Below, in pieces: positions 19,527 to 29,844 of a stretch of DNA of 64,000 nt. Origin of the DNA: Desulfurococcaceae archaeon (GTDB lineage Archaea; Thermoproteota; Thermoprotei_A; Sulfolobales; Desulfurococcaceae); contig JAWBAI010000001.1 in the NCBI GenBank assembly GCA_038816475.1, forward strand, positions 96,001 through 160,000, written 5' to 3'. A program made the translations under genes and the position numbers. How positions within the stretch are numbered: the stretch's first letter is position 1; each line of letters starts with the position of its first letter. The notes under the pieces were generated by a model. The model made no database searches. It was not told the origin of the DNA and worked only from the letters and a program-made list of their open reading frames with translations.

Positions 19527-19635
19527 CCTACTAGTGCTAGGTCTTTAAGGGATTATTAACCCTTGGAAGTATGAAGTAGAAACGGGCCCGATCTGCGTTT
19601 CGTGATGAGCTCAGGCCACGTGGACTCCCCAAAGT

Positions 19636-19734
19636 GGCCCGGGTAGCTCAGCCTGGTAGAGCGCCGGGCTGTGGACCCCCGAGATGATGGGGGCAGGTAC
19701 CCGGAGGTCCCGGGTTCAAATCCCGGCCCGGGCC
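19636..19734 (+). tRNA. tRNA-His(GTG) with encoded G-1 and 24-nt intron at 37/38 (19675-19698)
   Basis: G-1 GCCCGGG acceptor, C73, GTG at 19671-19673, BHB helix CTGT/GCAG. Confidence 0.93.
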
Positions 19735-19826
19735 CTTACGCTTAATTCTGCTGGAGACTTTATTGAAACCTCTTTAAACCCCAAATACATTCAACTAATG
19801 ACTGAAAGCTGGAGCTGTAAATCTGG

Positions 19827-20189
19827 GTGCTTACTATGCCTACCGCAAAGCAGGCTTATATAATGAGCGTTTTAGCTAAGAAACACGGAGTTATAGGTTC
19901 AGTTGCTGGTCGCTACGTTGGTGCGGGGTACTCGGTTACGCTGAATCACAACACGAGGTATGGAACAATCGATATCGTAGCACGTAGAGGAAACGAAGTA
20001 CTAGCGGTTAAGGTGTTCAGCAAGAGTGGCAAAATTTCGGTTGAAGATGTAAAAGTACACGTTGAGAAAGCTAAGTTGCTGAAAGCTAAACCCATCGTAG
20101 TGCTTTACGGTAGGGATGTTCAGCTCTCGGAGGAGGCGAAAAAGTTCTGCGACGAAAACTCGGTTAGGGTCAGAAGAGTTATCCCGTAA
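19827..20189 (+). CDS. Mrr/PD-(D/E)xK-fold protein
   Basis: AGYSV...GTIDIVARRG..VLAVKV; canonical E-x-K not present. Confidence 0.7.
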   Translation: MLTMPTAKQAYIMSVLAKKHGVIGSVAGRYVGAGYSVTLNHNTRYGTIDIVARRGNEVLAVKVFSKSGKISVEDVKVHVEKAKLLKAKPIVVLYGRDVQLSEEAKKFCDENSVRVRRVIP

Positions 20190-20247
20190 AACAGTTCCAA
20201 CAACTGCTTGAACACCACGCTCTAAGCAAAATAGAACATTGTGTTGA

Positions 20248-20321
20248 AGCCGCCGCCGGGATTCGAACCCGGGACCTCTGCCTTACCAGGGCAGCGCTCT
20301 ACCAGGCTGAGCTACGGCGGC
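20248..20321 (-). tRNA. tRNA-Thr(GGT)
   Basis: GCCGCCG acceptor, CTGCC-CTGGTAA-GGCAG anticodon arm, GGTTCGAATCC. Confidence 0.96.
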
Positions 20322-20365
20322 ATCTAGTTTAACTAAGTTACGAGGGGTTTAAATTACTCATTATA

Positions 20366-22501
20366 CTAGCTCGAGGGCTTGTAACCCATTTCTTCAAGTT
20401 GCTTGAATATCTCCTCAACTACTCTGGGGCCGAATGAAGGTAAACTAAGTAGTTTTCTACGCGGAGTTTTAGCAAGGTCCTCTAAGGTTTTAATGCCTTG
20501 TTCGATGAGAATTCTTGCTCTAACTCTACCAATGTACCTTAGTGATGCTAGTTCAAGCGCGTCTGGTTTAACTCCCTTATCTAACCTCTGTGAGAGCTTT
20601 AGTAATTCTCTATGGTATACAACGTCTCCGAGGATCCCCGAGATCTTAGCTAGAGAGCTGGCGATCCAGCTAGCAGTATCCTTAATGTTGTACAGGTCTC
20701 CGGGTCCTATGCTGTACTTCTCGTAAATTTCATCTTCTCTCTTCTCCAATATCCAGTCGCTCAGTGCTAGAGCTATCACAAAGCTCTTTATCCACTCCTT
20801 GTAACCATAGTTATGTATTTCCATTGGTGGTACTAGATCGCTTTCGTGATACGCTTCAGCTAGGTCCTCGTACGCGTGAATAATCCTGCTTGGAATGTAT
20901 GGGCTACTTCTGGCGAAATCCGGCGTTAGAGCGATCAGGTGCAGTACGTAGAGATCACTGTAGTTCTTAGGCTTGTAGCTCAAGAACATGCTAACAGATA
21001 TGGGGTCTAAGTAGCTATACGAAGTCACTTTACCAAGTCTCGTAACGATTAACCGAGAACCCCTTCTAGTTATCATTCTAAGCTGTTCTAGAACATCAAT
21101 TGTCGAGCTTATTAAACTGGCTATGTCAAGGTTCGAGCTTCTCGAGGAAAAGGTTTCTTTAAGTAATTCTACGAGCTCATCTAGTGTTTCCGCGTCGGAG
21201 GAAGCTAGCAGGGATAGTACATGTATTCTCGTATTCCTTTCGTCTTCGAAGAACTTGCCTCTAACAGGTTCCGGATGCGAGGTTATGTACTTTAATCCCT
21301 CGCTTAGTGAGTCAGCATCAATTATTATGGATTCGCCAAGCTCGTCAAACTGTGGTCTTCCAGCTCTACCGCTCATCTGCTTGTACTCAGCTACGCTAAC
21401 ACCAACTTTTCTACCCTCAACAGGATCGTATCTCTTAATAGACACTAGAACTCTTCTTGCTGGTAGATTTACACCGGCTGCTAGAGTAGGTGTTGCATAA
21501 ACAACTTTCAAAAGTCTCCTCCTGAAGGCTTCCTCCACGACTTTCCGAGCTACGTACGATAAACCTGCGTGGTGAAAACCCACCCCCCTCTCCATGGATT
21601 CTCTGAGTACCTCCTTTTCAAGGTGCGTGGGAGCCTCTTCGAGCTCGCTTAGTAGCATTTCAAGTTCTCTGCTTCCCGATGCTCTAAGCTCCTTTGATAG
21701 CATCATTGATAATTCTTCTACGCGTTTTCTATTGTGAACGAATACGAGGGTTTGATAGTTGTGCTTAATGTTGTGTAGTGCTAAGTCTATAGCTGGATCC
21801 TCCTCGAAGACTTCAACCTTCTCTACTCTGCCATCAACAAACTTTACAGCTTCATCTTTATCAACGAATACCCCCTCGACTAGCTTGACAGGTCTCCAGC
21901 TAGACAGTACCAGTGTACTGTTCAACCAAGTTGCCAGCTCCTCGGGGTTTCCCACCGAAGCCGAAAGCCCAATTATTCTAACCTTCGATCTCCTAGCACG
22001 CGCTACTATCATCTCGATGACGGGCCCTCGCTCAGGATCGTTGATGTTGTGGAACTCGTCTATTACAATGATGGACAGTTTTGAGAGCCATGAAGGCTTT
22101 AATCTGAGTAGGCTGTCGAACCTCTCGTACGTTGAAACAACGATGTCGGCATCTCTCAGGTATTCGGCTGGTTGATCGTAATCACCTGTCGAGATCTCAA
22201 CCTTGACGCCCGTTATCTCCTCAAGGTTTTTAAACTCGCTGTATTTTTCGTTTGCAAGTGCCTTGAGTGGTGAAAGGTAAACTCCCATTCCTTTGTTTAA
22301 AGCGTATTTTAAGAGTGCAAGCTCTGCTATAAGTGTTTTTCCGCTGGCTGTAGGCGCAACGATAACCATGTTTTTATCCTCCAGTAATCCATGGCGGAGG
22401 GCTTCTACCTGTACTGGATTAAGTCTTACTATACCTCTCTGCTTGAGGTACTCAATGTATTTGCTCGGGTAGCCGTGCTGAGATAGCACTTCAATATCCA
22501 T
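20366..22501 (-). CDS. hel308: Ski2-like DNA helicase Hel308/Hjm
   Basis: APTASGKT, DEFH, TLAAGVNLPAR, QMSGRAGRP, C-terminal HhH. Confidence 0.92.
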   Translation of the reverse strand: MDIEVLSQHGYPSKYIEYLKQRGIVRLNPVQVEALRHGLLEDKNMVIVAPTASGKTLIAELALLKYALNKGMGVYLSPLKALANEKYSEFKNLEEITGVKVEISTGDYDQPAEYLRDADIVVSTYERFDSLLRLKPSWLSKLSIIVIDEFHNINDPERGPVIEMIVARARRSKVRIIGLSASVGNPEELATWLNSTLVLSSWRPVKLVEGVFVDKDEAVKFVDGRVEKVEVFEEDPAIDLALHNIKHNYQTLVFVHNRKRVEELSMMLSKELRASGSRELEMLLSELEEAPTHLEKEVLRESMERGVGFHHAGLSYVARKVVEEAFRRRLLKVVYATPTLAAGVNLPARRVLVSIKRYDPVEGRKVGVSVAEYKQMSGRAGRPQFDELGESIIIDADSLSEGLKYITSHPEPVRGKFFEDERNTRIHVLSLLASSDAETLDELVELLKETFSSRSSNLDIASLISSTIDVLEQLRMITRRGSRLIVTRLGKVTSYSYLDPISVSMFLSYKPKNYSDLYVLHLIALTPDFARSSPYIPSRIIHAYEDLAEAYHESDLVPPMEIHNYGYKEWIKSFVIALALSDWILEKREDEIYEKYSIGPGDLYNIKDTASWIASSLAKISGILGDVVYHRELLKLSQRLDKGVKPDALELASLRYIGRVRARILIEQGIKTLEDLAKTPRRKLLSLPSFGPRVVEEIFKQLEEMGYKPSS

Positions 22502-22582
22502 ACTGATACACGCGTCTTGGATATTTATCGAGCGTTGGGTATTAAATAACGATACTCATAATGATACTTAGAGCAGACAGGG

Positions 22583-24550
22583 TTGATCATGTCGGCTAAG
22601 ATCTTTCATAAGCTAATGAGCGTTGATGACGCAATTAGAGAAGTCTTGGCAAAGCTTAAGCCCTCACCTAGAGGGGTGGAGATAGTTAAACTCGAGGACG
22701 CTGTTTACAGAGTCCTCGCTGCAGACATATACGCTCCTCTTGATTACCCACCCTTTGATAGATCCGAGGTTGATGGTTATGCTGTGTTAAGTCACGCTGT
22801 GTCAAAAGCAACAGAGCTGAATCCCGTAGAGCTAAAGGTTGCTGGTAAGGTATCTCCGGGCGAATACCCGGAGAATCTGTTCTGCGATGAGAAATCAGCT
22901 GTTCAGGTATCAACAGGTTCAGCTGTACCTGCGAACTGCGATGCAGTGATCATGGAGGAGTACACAGAGAGAAGGGAGGATACCGTAAGAATCTACAGGT
23001 CTGTTGCACCGGGCGAAGGAGTATCCACAACAGGGAGCGATGTTTCAGCAGGAGACCTTGTGCTACCACATGGAGTACTCATTAAACACAAGGAGATAGC
23101 AGTACTGGCTGGGTTGGGCTTCCATGAAATACCCGTTAACGTTAAACCACGCATCGCTGTGTACTCAACGGGAGCAGAGGTAGTTGAGCCTGGAAAGCAT
23201 CTTGCACTTGGTGAAGTCTACGATGTGAATGGCTACTTGATCACCACATTCCTGCGAGAGCTGGGCGCGAACGCAGAGTACAAGGGGATTCTACCGGATG
23301 ACTACACTGTTATTAAGAACACAATTGAAAGAGACCTGGATTACTACGATGTCATTGTAACTAGTGGTGGCACAAGTGCTGGTGTAGCAGATACTGTGTA
23401 CAGAGTGTTCGAATCGCTAGGGGATGTAATAGTTCATGGACTGAAAGCTAAACCCGGTAAACCAACGGTTATAGCTATATCGGGCAAAAAGCTCTTAATG
23501 GGCTTACCCGGGTTTCCACTGTCAGCCTACATGATCTTGGTAAGAGTAGTAAAGCCCATAATATCTGCTCTAACAGGCTTAAGATACTACGAGAAACCCT
23601 TATTTGTGAGATTCCCCTTTAAACTCAGGAAGAACATTGGAATAACATGGCTTTTACCATCAATAATTCTTAGCTCTAATGGTAGCTACGTAGCGTATCC
23701 CGCATCGTTCAGTAGTGGTAGTATATATGCGATAACGTATAGTGATGGTTTTGTCGAGTTAAGCGAAGAGAAGGAGGTTGTTGAAGGAGATGAACTAGTA
23801 CCCTTTTACTCATTCATGGAGCTTGCTGATGTCGATAAACTGGTGATCATCGGAAGCAACGATCCATTACTAGAGTTCATCCTGAAGAAAACAGGACTTG
23901 TGTATGCTAGTAAAGTGCTCAATGTGGGTAGTATGGGTGGATGGAGAGCTATTGAACGGGGAGAAGCGGATATAGCACCCACGCATTTACTTGACCCGGA
24001 TACAGGTAAGTACAATACGCCGTTCTTGAGTAAGTTCAAGCTTGAGAATAAAGCAGTGGTCGTGAGAGGCTACAGCAGGTTAATAGGGTTCATTGTGGCA
24101 AAAGGGAACCCCAAGAACATTAAAAGCTTTGAATGCTTTTTCAGAAGTGATGTTAAGATAGTAAACAGAAACAAGGGGTCGGGCATTAGAACATTAATAG
24201 ACACGAACCTTGTTAGGATTGCACGTGAAAAGGGGTTAAACCCCGATAGCATACCCAGACTTATCAAGGGTTATACGTACGAGGTGAAAACACACACGGC
24301 TGTTGGATATGCTGTTAAAACCGGTAAAGCTGATGTAGGAGTTGCTGTAGGATATGTATCAGAAATGTACGATCTTGATTTCATACCGGTGGGATGGGAG
24401 GAGTACGATTTCGTTGTGTTAAAGAGTAGGCTTAGGAAACCCCTTGTCGAGGATTTCGTAAAGTTCTTACGTAGTGGTATTTCCGTCGACGATTTCAAGT
24501 ACGCCAAGTACTACAGGATACCAGAAAACGCAGGTACAATAATTGCTTAG
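22583..24550 (+). CDS. moeA: Molybdopterin biosynthesis MoeA fused to PBP domain
   Basis: PPFDRSEVDGYAV, SGGTSAG, KPGKPT, GLPGFP; C-terminal NRNKGSG PBP domain. Confidence 0.92.
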   Translation: MIMSAKIFHKLMSVDDAIREVLAKLKPSPRGVEIVKLEDAVYRVLAADIYAPLDYPPFDRSEVDGYAVLSHAVSKATELNPVELKVAGKVSPGEYPENLFCDEKSAVQVSTGSAVPANCDAVIMEEYTERREDTVRIYRSVAPGEGVSTTGSDVSAGDLVLPHGVLIKHKEIAVLAGLGFHEIPVNVKPRIAVYSTGAEVVEPGKHLALGEVYDVNGYLITTFLRELGANAEYKGILPDDYTVIKNTIERDLDYYDVIVTSGGTSAGVADTVYRVFESLGDVIVHGLKAKPGKPTVIAISGKKLLMGLPGFPLSAYMILVRVVKPIISALTGLRYYEKPLFVRFPFKLRKNIGITWLLPSIILSSNGSYVAYPASFSSGSIYAITYSDGFVELSEEKEVVEGDELVPFYSFMELADVDKLVIIGSNDPLLEFILKKTGLVYASKVLNVGSMGGWRAIERGEADIAPTHLLDPDTGKYNTPFLSKFKLENKAVVVRGYSRLIGFIVAKGNPKNIKSFECFFRSDVKIVNRNKGSGIRTLIDTNLVRIAREKGLNPDSIPRLIKGYTYEVKTHTAVGYAVKTGKADVGVAVGYVSEMYDLDFIPVGWEEYDFVVLKSRLRKPLVEDFVKFLRSGISVDDFKYAKYYRIPENAGTIIA

Positions 24551-24598
24551 CCTTGGGCATTTTTACACGACCAGGTACTCAATTTTAATCGGTGAGGT

Positions 24599-25417
24599 GT
24601 GTTGAACGAGCTTGTCGTTGGCATCGTTCAAGCAGAGTTCGGTGTTAATCCTGCAGACAACGCGGATAAGGTTCACCAGTATGTAAGAAAAGGCTACAAG
24701 GAAGCCGACATAATAGTGCTACCCGAGTACAGTATGTTCAATCCTCTGCTCCTCAGAGACCCCAGTAGCGTTTACGAGCGATCTGAGAGACTAGTTGAAA
24801 GCAAATACCTGATCAGTCTTTCCAAGCTAGCTGAAAGCCTCGGAGCAGGTGTAGTTGCTCATTTCATCGAAAAAACCGAAACACCACCACTCTCCAGGAG
24901 TACAACGGTGCTCATTACCGGTAGAGGAGAGGTTGTACCAGTCTACAGTAAAATGCACTTATTCGACGCCTACGGTTACAGGGAATCAAGCTTCTTCGAG
25001 CCCGGTAAAGCCCCGGGAAAAATAGTGATGGTTGAAAACACCGAGGTAGCTTTTGTCATATGCTATGATTTGAGGTTTCCGGAACTCTTCAGAACATACG
25101 CTCAGCTGGGTGCAAAGGTAATAATTGTTCAAGCAGGATGGGTAAAAGGACCACTGAAAGAAGAGGTTCTCGATATGCTGGCGGCAGCAAGAGCTCACGA
25201 GAACACAGTTTACGTTGTTGTAGCTAATCAAACCGGAGAAATGTTCACCGGAAGAAGCGGAGTGTTCAACCCGTGGGGTTACAAGGAGTTAGACCTTGGA
25301 TTCGAGGAGAAGTATGTTGAGTACACACTGTTCATTGATGAAGTTGTAAAGGCTAGAACGTTCATCCCGGTTCTAGCGCAGTCATCTAGCAGATGGGAAA
25401 TAAGAGTTAAAACTTAG
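24599..25417 (+). CDS. Carbon-nitrogen hydrolase (nitrilase family)
   Basis: LPE, YSKMHLFD, ICYDLRFPE catalytic triad. Confidence 0.92.
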   Translation: MLNELVVGIVQAEFGVNPADNADKVHQYVRKGYKEADIIVLPEYSMFNPLLLRDPSSVYERSERLVESKYLISLSKLAESLGAGVVAHFIEKTETPPLSRSTTVLITGRGEVVPVYSKMHLFDAYGYRESSFFEPGKAPGKIVMVENTEVAFVICYDLRFPELFRTYAQLGAKVIIVQAGWVKGPLKEEVLDMLAAARAHENTVYVVVANQTGEMFTGRSGVFNPWGYKELDLGFEEKYVEYTLFIDEVVKARTFIPVLAQSSSRWEIRVKT

Positions 25418-25460
25418 CTCTAAACCCAGCTTGTAAAGCTCTCGTGAAGCTTAGGCGACT

Positions 25461-26132
25461 TTACTCAACCAAGTGCTCAAGAACATCTGGAAGCTCAAGT
25501 AAACTCTTCACGGTTATGTGCCACTTATACCCTAGTGCTCTGTCAACGAGCAGGGTTTTAGCACCAAGTTTACTTGCAGGTATTAAGTCGTACTCAGGGT
25601 AAGCTGACACGTGTACAACGTTCTCGGGATTTATAGCAAGCACCTCGTAAGCCTTTGTGAAGGCTTCCAGCTTCGGTTTATAGGTTTTCAAATCTTCAGC
25701 CGTTATAACGTAGTCGAAGAGCTCTCGAATACCCGCTAGCGTAATATCGGCAAGATCCCTGTCCGTGTTTGAAAGTATGCATGTCCCGTAGGATAACCTC
25801 CTAATTAGCCTTAAACCGTATATCACATCTGGAAAAGGTGGAGACTTAGCAAAGGTAATTATAAACGACTTAACCAGGTCTTCGCTTAGAACAACGTTGT
25901 ACTTTTCAGCAGTAGTGATAAGGCATTCTTTAAGTATCTGCTTGTAAGGTTGGTACCTCCTGGATACCAGCTCTATATCGCATTTAAAGAACTCTTCTAC
26001 AGCTTCATGTGATATGTAGAACTCTATAAACCTCGAAATAGAGTGTCTCCAGTCAACGAGTGTACCGTAGAGATCAAATACAACAACAACCTTCTTTCTT
26101 TCTTCATTACACAGTTGGCACTTAGATGACAT
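25461..26132 (-). CDS. HAD-superfamily hydrolase (haloacid dehalogenase-like)
   Basis: FDLYGTLVD, LSN, YKP. Confidence 0.88.
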   Translation of the reverse strand: MSSKCQLCNEERKKVVVVFDLYGTLVDWRHSISRFIEFYISHEAVEEFFKCDIELVSRRYQPYKQILKECLITTAEKYNVVLSEDLVKSFIITFAKSPPFPDVIYGLRLIRRLSYGTCILSNTDRDLADITLAGIRELFDYVITAEDLKTYKPKLEAFTKAYEVLAINPENVVHVSAYPEYDLIPASKLGAKTLLVDRALGYKWHITVKSLLELPDVLEHLVE

Positions 26133-26157
26133 GGAGTAGCACCCTGCACTATAAGTA

Positions 26158-27300
26158 CTACTGCCTTTTAGTTCTTATTTTAACACACGCCATAAACATG
26201 GATCTAAGTAATTCTTCGGCAAACCTGGGTTCGCAGTTTGCACAGTCAGCATCAATGGTAATTAACCACTTATTGAAGACTACTCTGTGAACTTTAGCAC
26301 CCATTTGTTCAAGGATTCTACGTACTTCTCTGGGAGAAGGCTTCTCGAGGTTTTCACCCTTAAGGCCATAGTATGTCATTCTCCAGCATACAACGCCGTG
26401 AGTGTAAAGGTTTGCCATGCACGCCGATGGAAAGAACAGGAGTCCTTTTTTCTTGGCGTACGCGGCTATCATGGTCTTAATGTCACTTGTTTCAACATCG
26501 TACTGAATACCAGGCTTCATCTTGTCAATGGGTACTTTCATTCTTCTGGTTATCTCGTTGACATTGATACCGGCTTCCTTGAGGCTCTCGAGGATTCTCT
26601 TGGTAACTCTTAGTGAACCGGCAACAACACCTACAGCTTTATATTCTACGGCTAGGTCTATCAACCTGGTGTACTCCTTCTCCGTTAAACCAGGAATTAT
26701 TGGTCGCAGAAACAGGAATGGCTTTAACCCGGCTTCTCTGAGGTTCCTAATGGTTTCAAATCTCTTCTCGGGATCTGGTGAGTATGGTTCTAGTTGCTCA
26801 GTAGCTACGACTGTTACAATGGTTACTAGAGGTGAGATCCTTCCCTTACTAAGGTTGTAGAGCTTTTCAGCATCCGCTTGGTTTATGTATAGCTTCGTTG
26901 AGAACTGAACGGGGTTACCAAGGTACTTATACACGTGCTCGATGTATTCGAAGGTCTTGTTCTTTGCTATCGGGTGAAAGGGTTCGCTTATGCTACCAAA
27001 GGCAAGGTATGTTCCCCGTAAACCCGGGATGAAGTACTTGCTTGAAAGTAGTGCATAGAGTAGCTGTAGACCGGTTAAAGGATATGGTTCCATCACCGGT
27101 TCAAACCCCATATCGTAGATGTAGCAGTACTTGCACCGGTATACACATCCAACAGCAGTATGAACCGTTAATCCGCAGGGTCTTGGAGGTCTCTTTGCAT
27201 GGTAGTCTCTTAGGGCAGAAGCTTTCTCGGACTCCGATAGTTTAGACCCCACTTCTTCTCTGAGTCTACGCTTAAGCTCAAGCAGCCTCTGAGCATCCAT
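26158..27300 (-). CDS. Radical SAM protein (SplB-like)
   Basis: GCVYRCKYCY, SEPF, LRPIIPG. Confidence 0.85.
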   Translation of the reverse strand: MDAQRLLELKRRLREEVGSKLSESEKASALRDYHAKRPPRPCGLTVHTAVGCVYRCKYCYIYDMGFEPVMEPYPLTGLQLLYALLSSKYFIPGLRGTYLAFGSISEPFHPIAKNKTFEYIEHVYKYLGNPVQFSTKLYINQADAEKLYNLSKGRISPLVTIVTVVATEQLEPYSPDPEKRFETIRNLREAGLKPFLFLRPIIPGLTEKEYTRLIDLAVEYKAVGVVAGSLRVTKRILESLKEAGINVNEITRRMKVPIDKMKPGIQYDVETSDIKTMIAAYAKKKGLLFFPSACMANLYTHGVVCWRMTYYGLKGENLEKPSPREVRRILEQMGAKVHRVVFNKWLITIDADCANCEPRFAEELLRSMFMACVKIRTKRQ

Positions 27301-27352
27301 GCACTTAGACCTTACCAGAGTGATTTAAGGACTGCAATAGGGATAAATATAA

Positions 27353-27420
27353 TGTGGATGAGGAAAAGCTGGCGAAGCGAGAAGTGAGCGCAAACCTCCT
27401 CACCGACGAGCTGAGAACAC
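27353..27420 (+). ncRNA. C/D-box sRNA (candidate)
   Basis: C-like TGGATGA 27355-27361, D' GCGA, C' GTGAGCG, D CTGA 27411-27414; TTTAA about 27 nt upstream. Confidence 0.45.
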
Positions 27421-27507
27421 CACTATTACTTACACGCTGTCTGACAGCTCTCTTGGATTTCACGTGCATTATATTTAAACGCCACTCACTCATATAAAAT
27501 GTACGGT

Positions 27508-27592
27508 GCGGGGGTGCCCGAGCTTGGTCAAAGGGGCCGGGTTGAGGACCCGGTGGCGTAGGCCTGCGTGGGTTCAAATCCCACCCCCCGCA
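27508..27592 (+). tRNA. tRNA-Leu(GAG)
   Basis: GCGGGGG acceptor, CCGGG-TTGAGGA-CCCGG anticodon arm, long variable arm, A73. Confidence 0.96.
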
Positions 27593-27865
27593 CTCCTTGT
27601 TGAGCACTGTTAAGTGAAAGAGAACTACTTATTCGAACGCGGGGAACACTGAAACGTATGAGCTTTCTATTGAAAGTATAGTTAACCCTCCTTCCTAATG
27701 ACCACTTATAAGCATTTCCTAAAAACCTCAAGAAGAAAACTGCCCACGCTAACTGATAAATTCCTTGAGCTGGAACGATCTGGAACAATCCGAGATTATT
27801 CACGACATTGTTTCAACTGTGAGGATTTAAATTGAACAGCAGATTTGTCTTGACTAGGATGGATT

Positions 27866-28222
27866 ATGGCAAGAAAGCTCAACAGTAAACTAGTATTGAT
27901 GTACATTGTTTTCGTCACAATGACACTAGCTGGAGTAGTTAGTACATTCTCCGGAATAGTACTTTTGCTTAGCAGTACCAGTAATGGATTTGGTGGAGAA
28001 CGAGCGAGAGGAGAACTTGAAGGGGGTCTAAGAGTAAACACAAGGGATGTCACTCTGGGATTGAAAAGAAGTGAGTGGAAATACATACATGTAGTTTCAT
28101 CACTCCTATGTGTAACCCTAGTTGCAGTACATGTGGTGCTTAATTGGAGATGGATTGTTAATGTATCCAAGGTTGTTTTGGGCAATGGCGTGCCTACTGA
28201 AGTAAAACACCATGGTTGGTAA
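27866..28222 (+). CDS. DUF4405-type membrane protein
   Basis: Two TM helices; WKYIH...VHVVLNWRWI. Confidence 0.75.
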   Translation: MARKLNSKLVLMYIVFVTMTLAGVVSTFSGIVLLLSSTSNGFGGERARGELEGGLRVNTRDVTLGLKRSEWKYIHVVSSLLCVTLVAVHVVLNWRWIVNVSKVVLGNGVPTEVKHHGW

Positions 28223-28341
28223 AATCACTGTTTTCTCCTATAGTGATGAACGGTGATCATTCGTTCGTACCCGGTTTATGTAGTTAGCGGGAGTCAAGCT
28301 TTTATTTGCAGATAGCCTAACTAATTACATGCTAGTGGTGC

Positions 28342-29406
28342 ATGGTCTTGCTACCAGAGGAGAAGACAGGTATCGTGGGTTGGGGTGTTTACGTACCAAG
28401 ATGGAGGCTAAAGCTCTCTGAGATAGCAAGGGTGTGGGGGTTTAACCCGAAGGAACCCGAAGAGCTCAATGTTACGGAGAAGAGCGTTGCTGGAATAGAT
28501 GAAGACGCTGTTACCATGGGCTGGGAAGCAGCTAGAAATGCTCTTAAGAGAGCAGGTGTAAACCCCAAGGACATTGGTGCTGTGTGGTTTGGAACCGAGA
28601 GTAAACCGTACGCTGTTAAACCCTCAGCAACTATTATAGCGGAGGCTCTTGGAATAACACCCTACACTATGGCTACTGATTTGGAGTTTGCATGTAGAGC
28701 GGCAAGTGAGGCTATACGAATAAGCATAGGCGCGGTTGCATCGGGACTTGTAAAGTATGCGCTCGTGATCGGAAGCGATACAGCGCAAGCAAATCCCGGT
28801 GATGTATTGGAGTTTACAGCTTCTTCAGCTGCCACAGCTCTCATCATAGGTAGAAGGGACGAAGCTGCAGCGTACTTCGAGGCGAGTGCAACATTTGTAA
28901 CGGATACACCCGATTTCTGGCGAAGAGATACAGTTAAGTACCCTCTTCACGGCGAGGCTTTTACGGGTGAACCAGCCTATTTCAGGCATATTGTGGGTGC
29001 TGTGAAAGCTCTTCTAGAGAGAACAGGGCTGAAACCGGAGGACTTCGACTACGCTGTGTTTCACCAGCCCAATGGTACATTTCCGCTTAGAGTAGCAAGA
29101 ATGCTTAACATTCCACGAGAAAAGGTCTTACCGGGCTTGATAACACCGCTGATAGGCAACAGCTACAACTCTTCAGCACTTATAGGACTTGCAAGAGTGC
29201 TGGAGATAGCCAAGCCTGGTCAACGCATACTTCTAGCACCATTCGGTAGTGGCGCTGGTGCAGATGCTTTCAGCATCGTTGTTGCAGATTTGGTTGAGGA
29301 GAAAAAGAACAAGGCTCCAACCGTGGAAGATTACTTAAACAGAAAGTACTATGTGGATTACGCGGTTTACGCCAAGAACAGGGAGCTTATACGTAGGATT
29401 GAGTAG
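28342..29406 (+). CDS. Hydroxymethylglutaryl-CoA synthase (archaeal)
   Basis: [30 protein letters not shown]. Confidence 0.93.
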   Translation: MVLLPEEKTGIVGWGVYVPRWRLKLSEIARVWGFNPKEPEELNVTEKSVAGIDEDAVTMGWEAARNALKRAGVNPKDIGAVWFGTESKPYAVKPSATIIAEALGITPYTMATDLEFACRAASEAIRISIGAVASGLVKYALVIGSDTAQANPGDVLEFTASSAATALIIGRRDEAAAYFEASATFVTDTPDFWRRDTVKYPLHGEAFTGEPAYFRHIVGAVKALLERTGLKPEDFDYAVFHQPNGTFPLRVARMLNIPREKVLPGLITPLIGNSYNSSALIGLARVLEIAKPGQRILLAPFGSGAGADAFSIVVADLVEEKKNKAPTVEDYLNRKYYVDYAVYAKNRELIRRIE

Positions 29407-29844
29407 ATGGTGATGCTGATGGTGAGGATCACGATTCCTCCCTACTGGAGAACAAGGCTCTGCAGGTACAAGCTCATAGCCACGAAGTGCAGAAAGTGCG
29501 GTAGATCAGCCTATCCACCGTCGAATCTATGTAGACACTGTGGTTCAAAAGAAGTTGAACAGGTAGAACTGATAAACGAGAAAGCCAGACTATTAACCTG
29601 GACCCTCATTTACAACGCCATGGAAGGGTTCGAAGATAGAAGACCACTACTACTTGGAGTAGTTGAAACCATTGAAACTGGCGTAAGAATAATGGCGCCG
29701 TTAACCGATGTTCTCCCAGAGGAGCTGAAGCCTGGAATGCTCATGGAACCCGTGTTGAGGAGAGTTAGAGAAGAATGCGAAGCTGGGCTCATATACTACG
29801 GTATAGCATATAGACCCGTACTCAAGGTAGAGAGTTTTTTGTAG
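29407..29844 (+). CDS. DUF35 Zn-ribbon/OB-fold scaffold protein
   Basis: CRKCG..YPP..CRHCG, GLIYYG; abuts HMG-CoA synthase. Confidence 0.9.
   Translation: MVMLMVRITIPPYWRTRLCRYKLIATKCRKCGRSAYPPSNLCRHCGSKEVEQVELINEKARLLTWTLIYNAMEGFEDRRPLLLGVVETIETGVRIMAPLTDVLPEELKPGMLMEPVLRRVREECEAGLIYYGIAYRPVLKVESFL

Noticed and set aside
17285-19826. Replication origin next to cdc6
   Set aside because: No ORB (TCCAGTGGAAA-like) repeats or large AT-rich gap found by eye, and the protein resembles the non-origin-linked Orc1-2 subtype
27770-27790. Tandem CTGGAACRATC repeat downstream of tRNA-Leu
   Set aside because: Only two 10-11 nt copies; not a CRISPR, att site or full ORB
27305-27803. ORFs 27305-27607 and 27528-27803 (-)
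   Set aside because: Antisense translations of tRNA-Leu (GGWDLNPR-type artefact)
28243-28266. GTGATGA C box with small hairpin
   Set aside because: No D' or D boxes at suitable spacing
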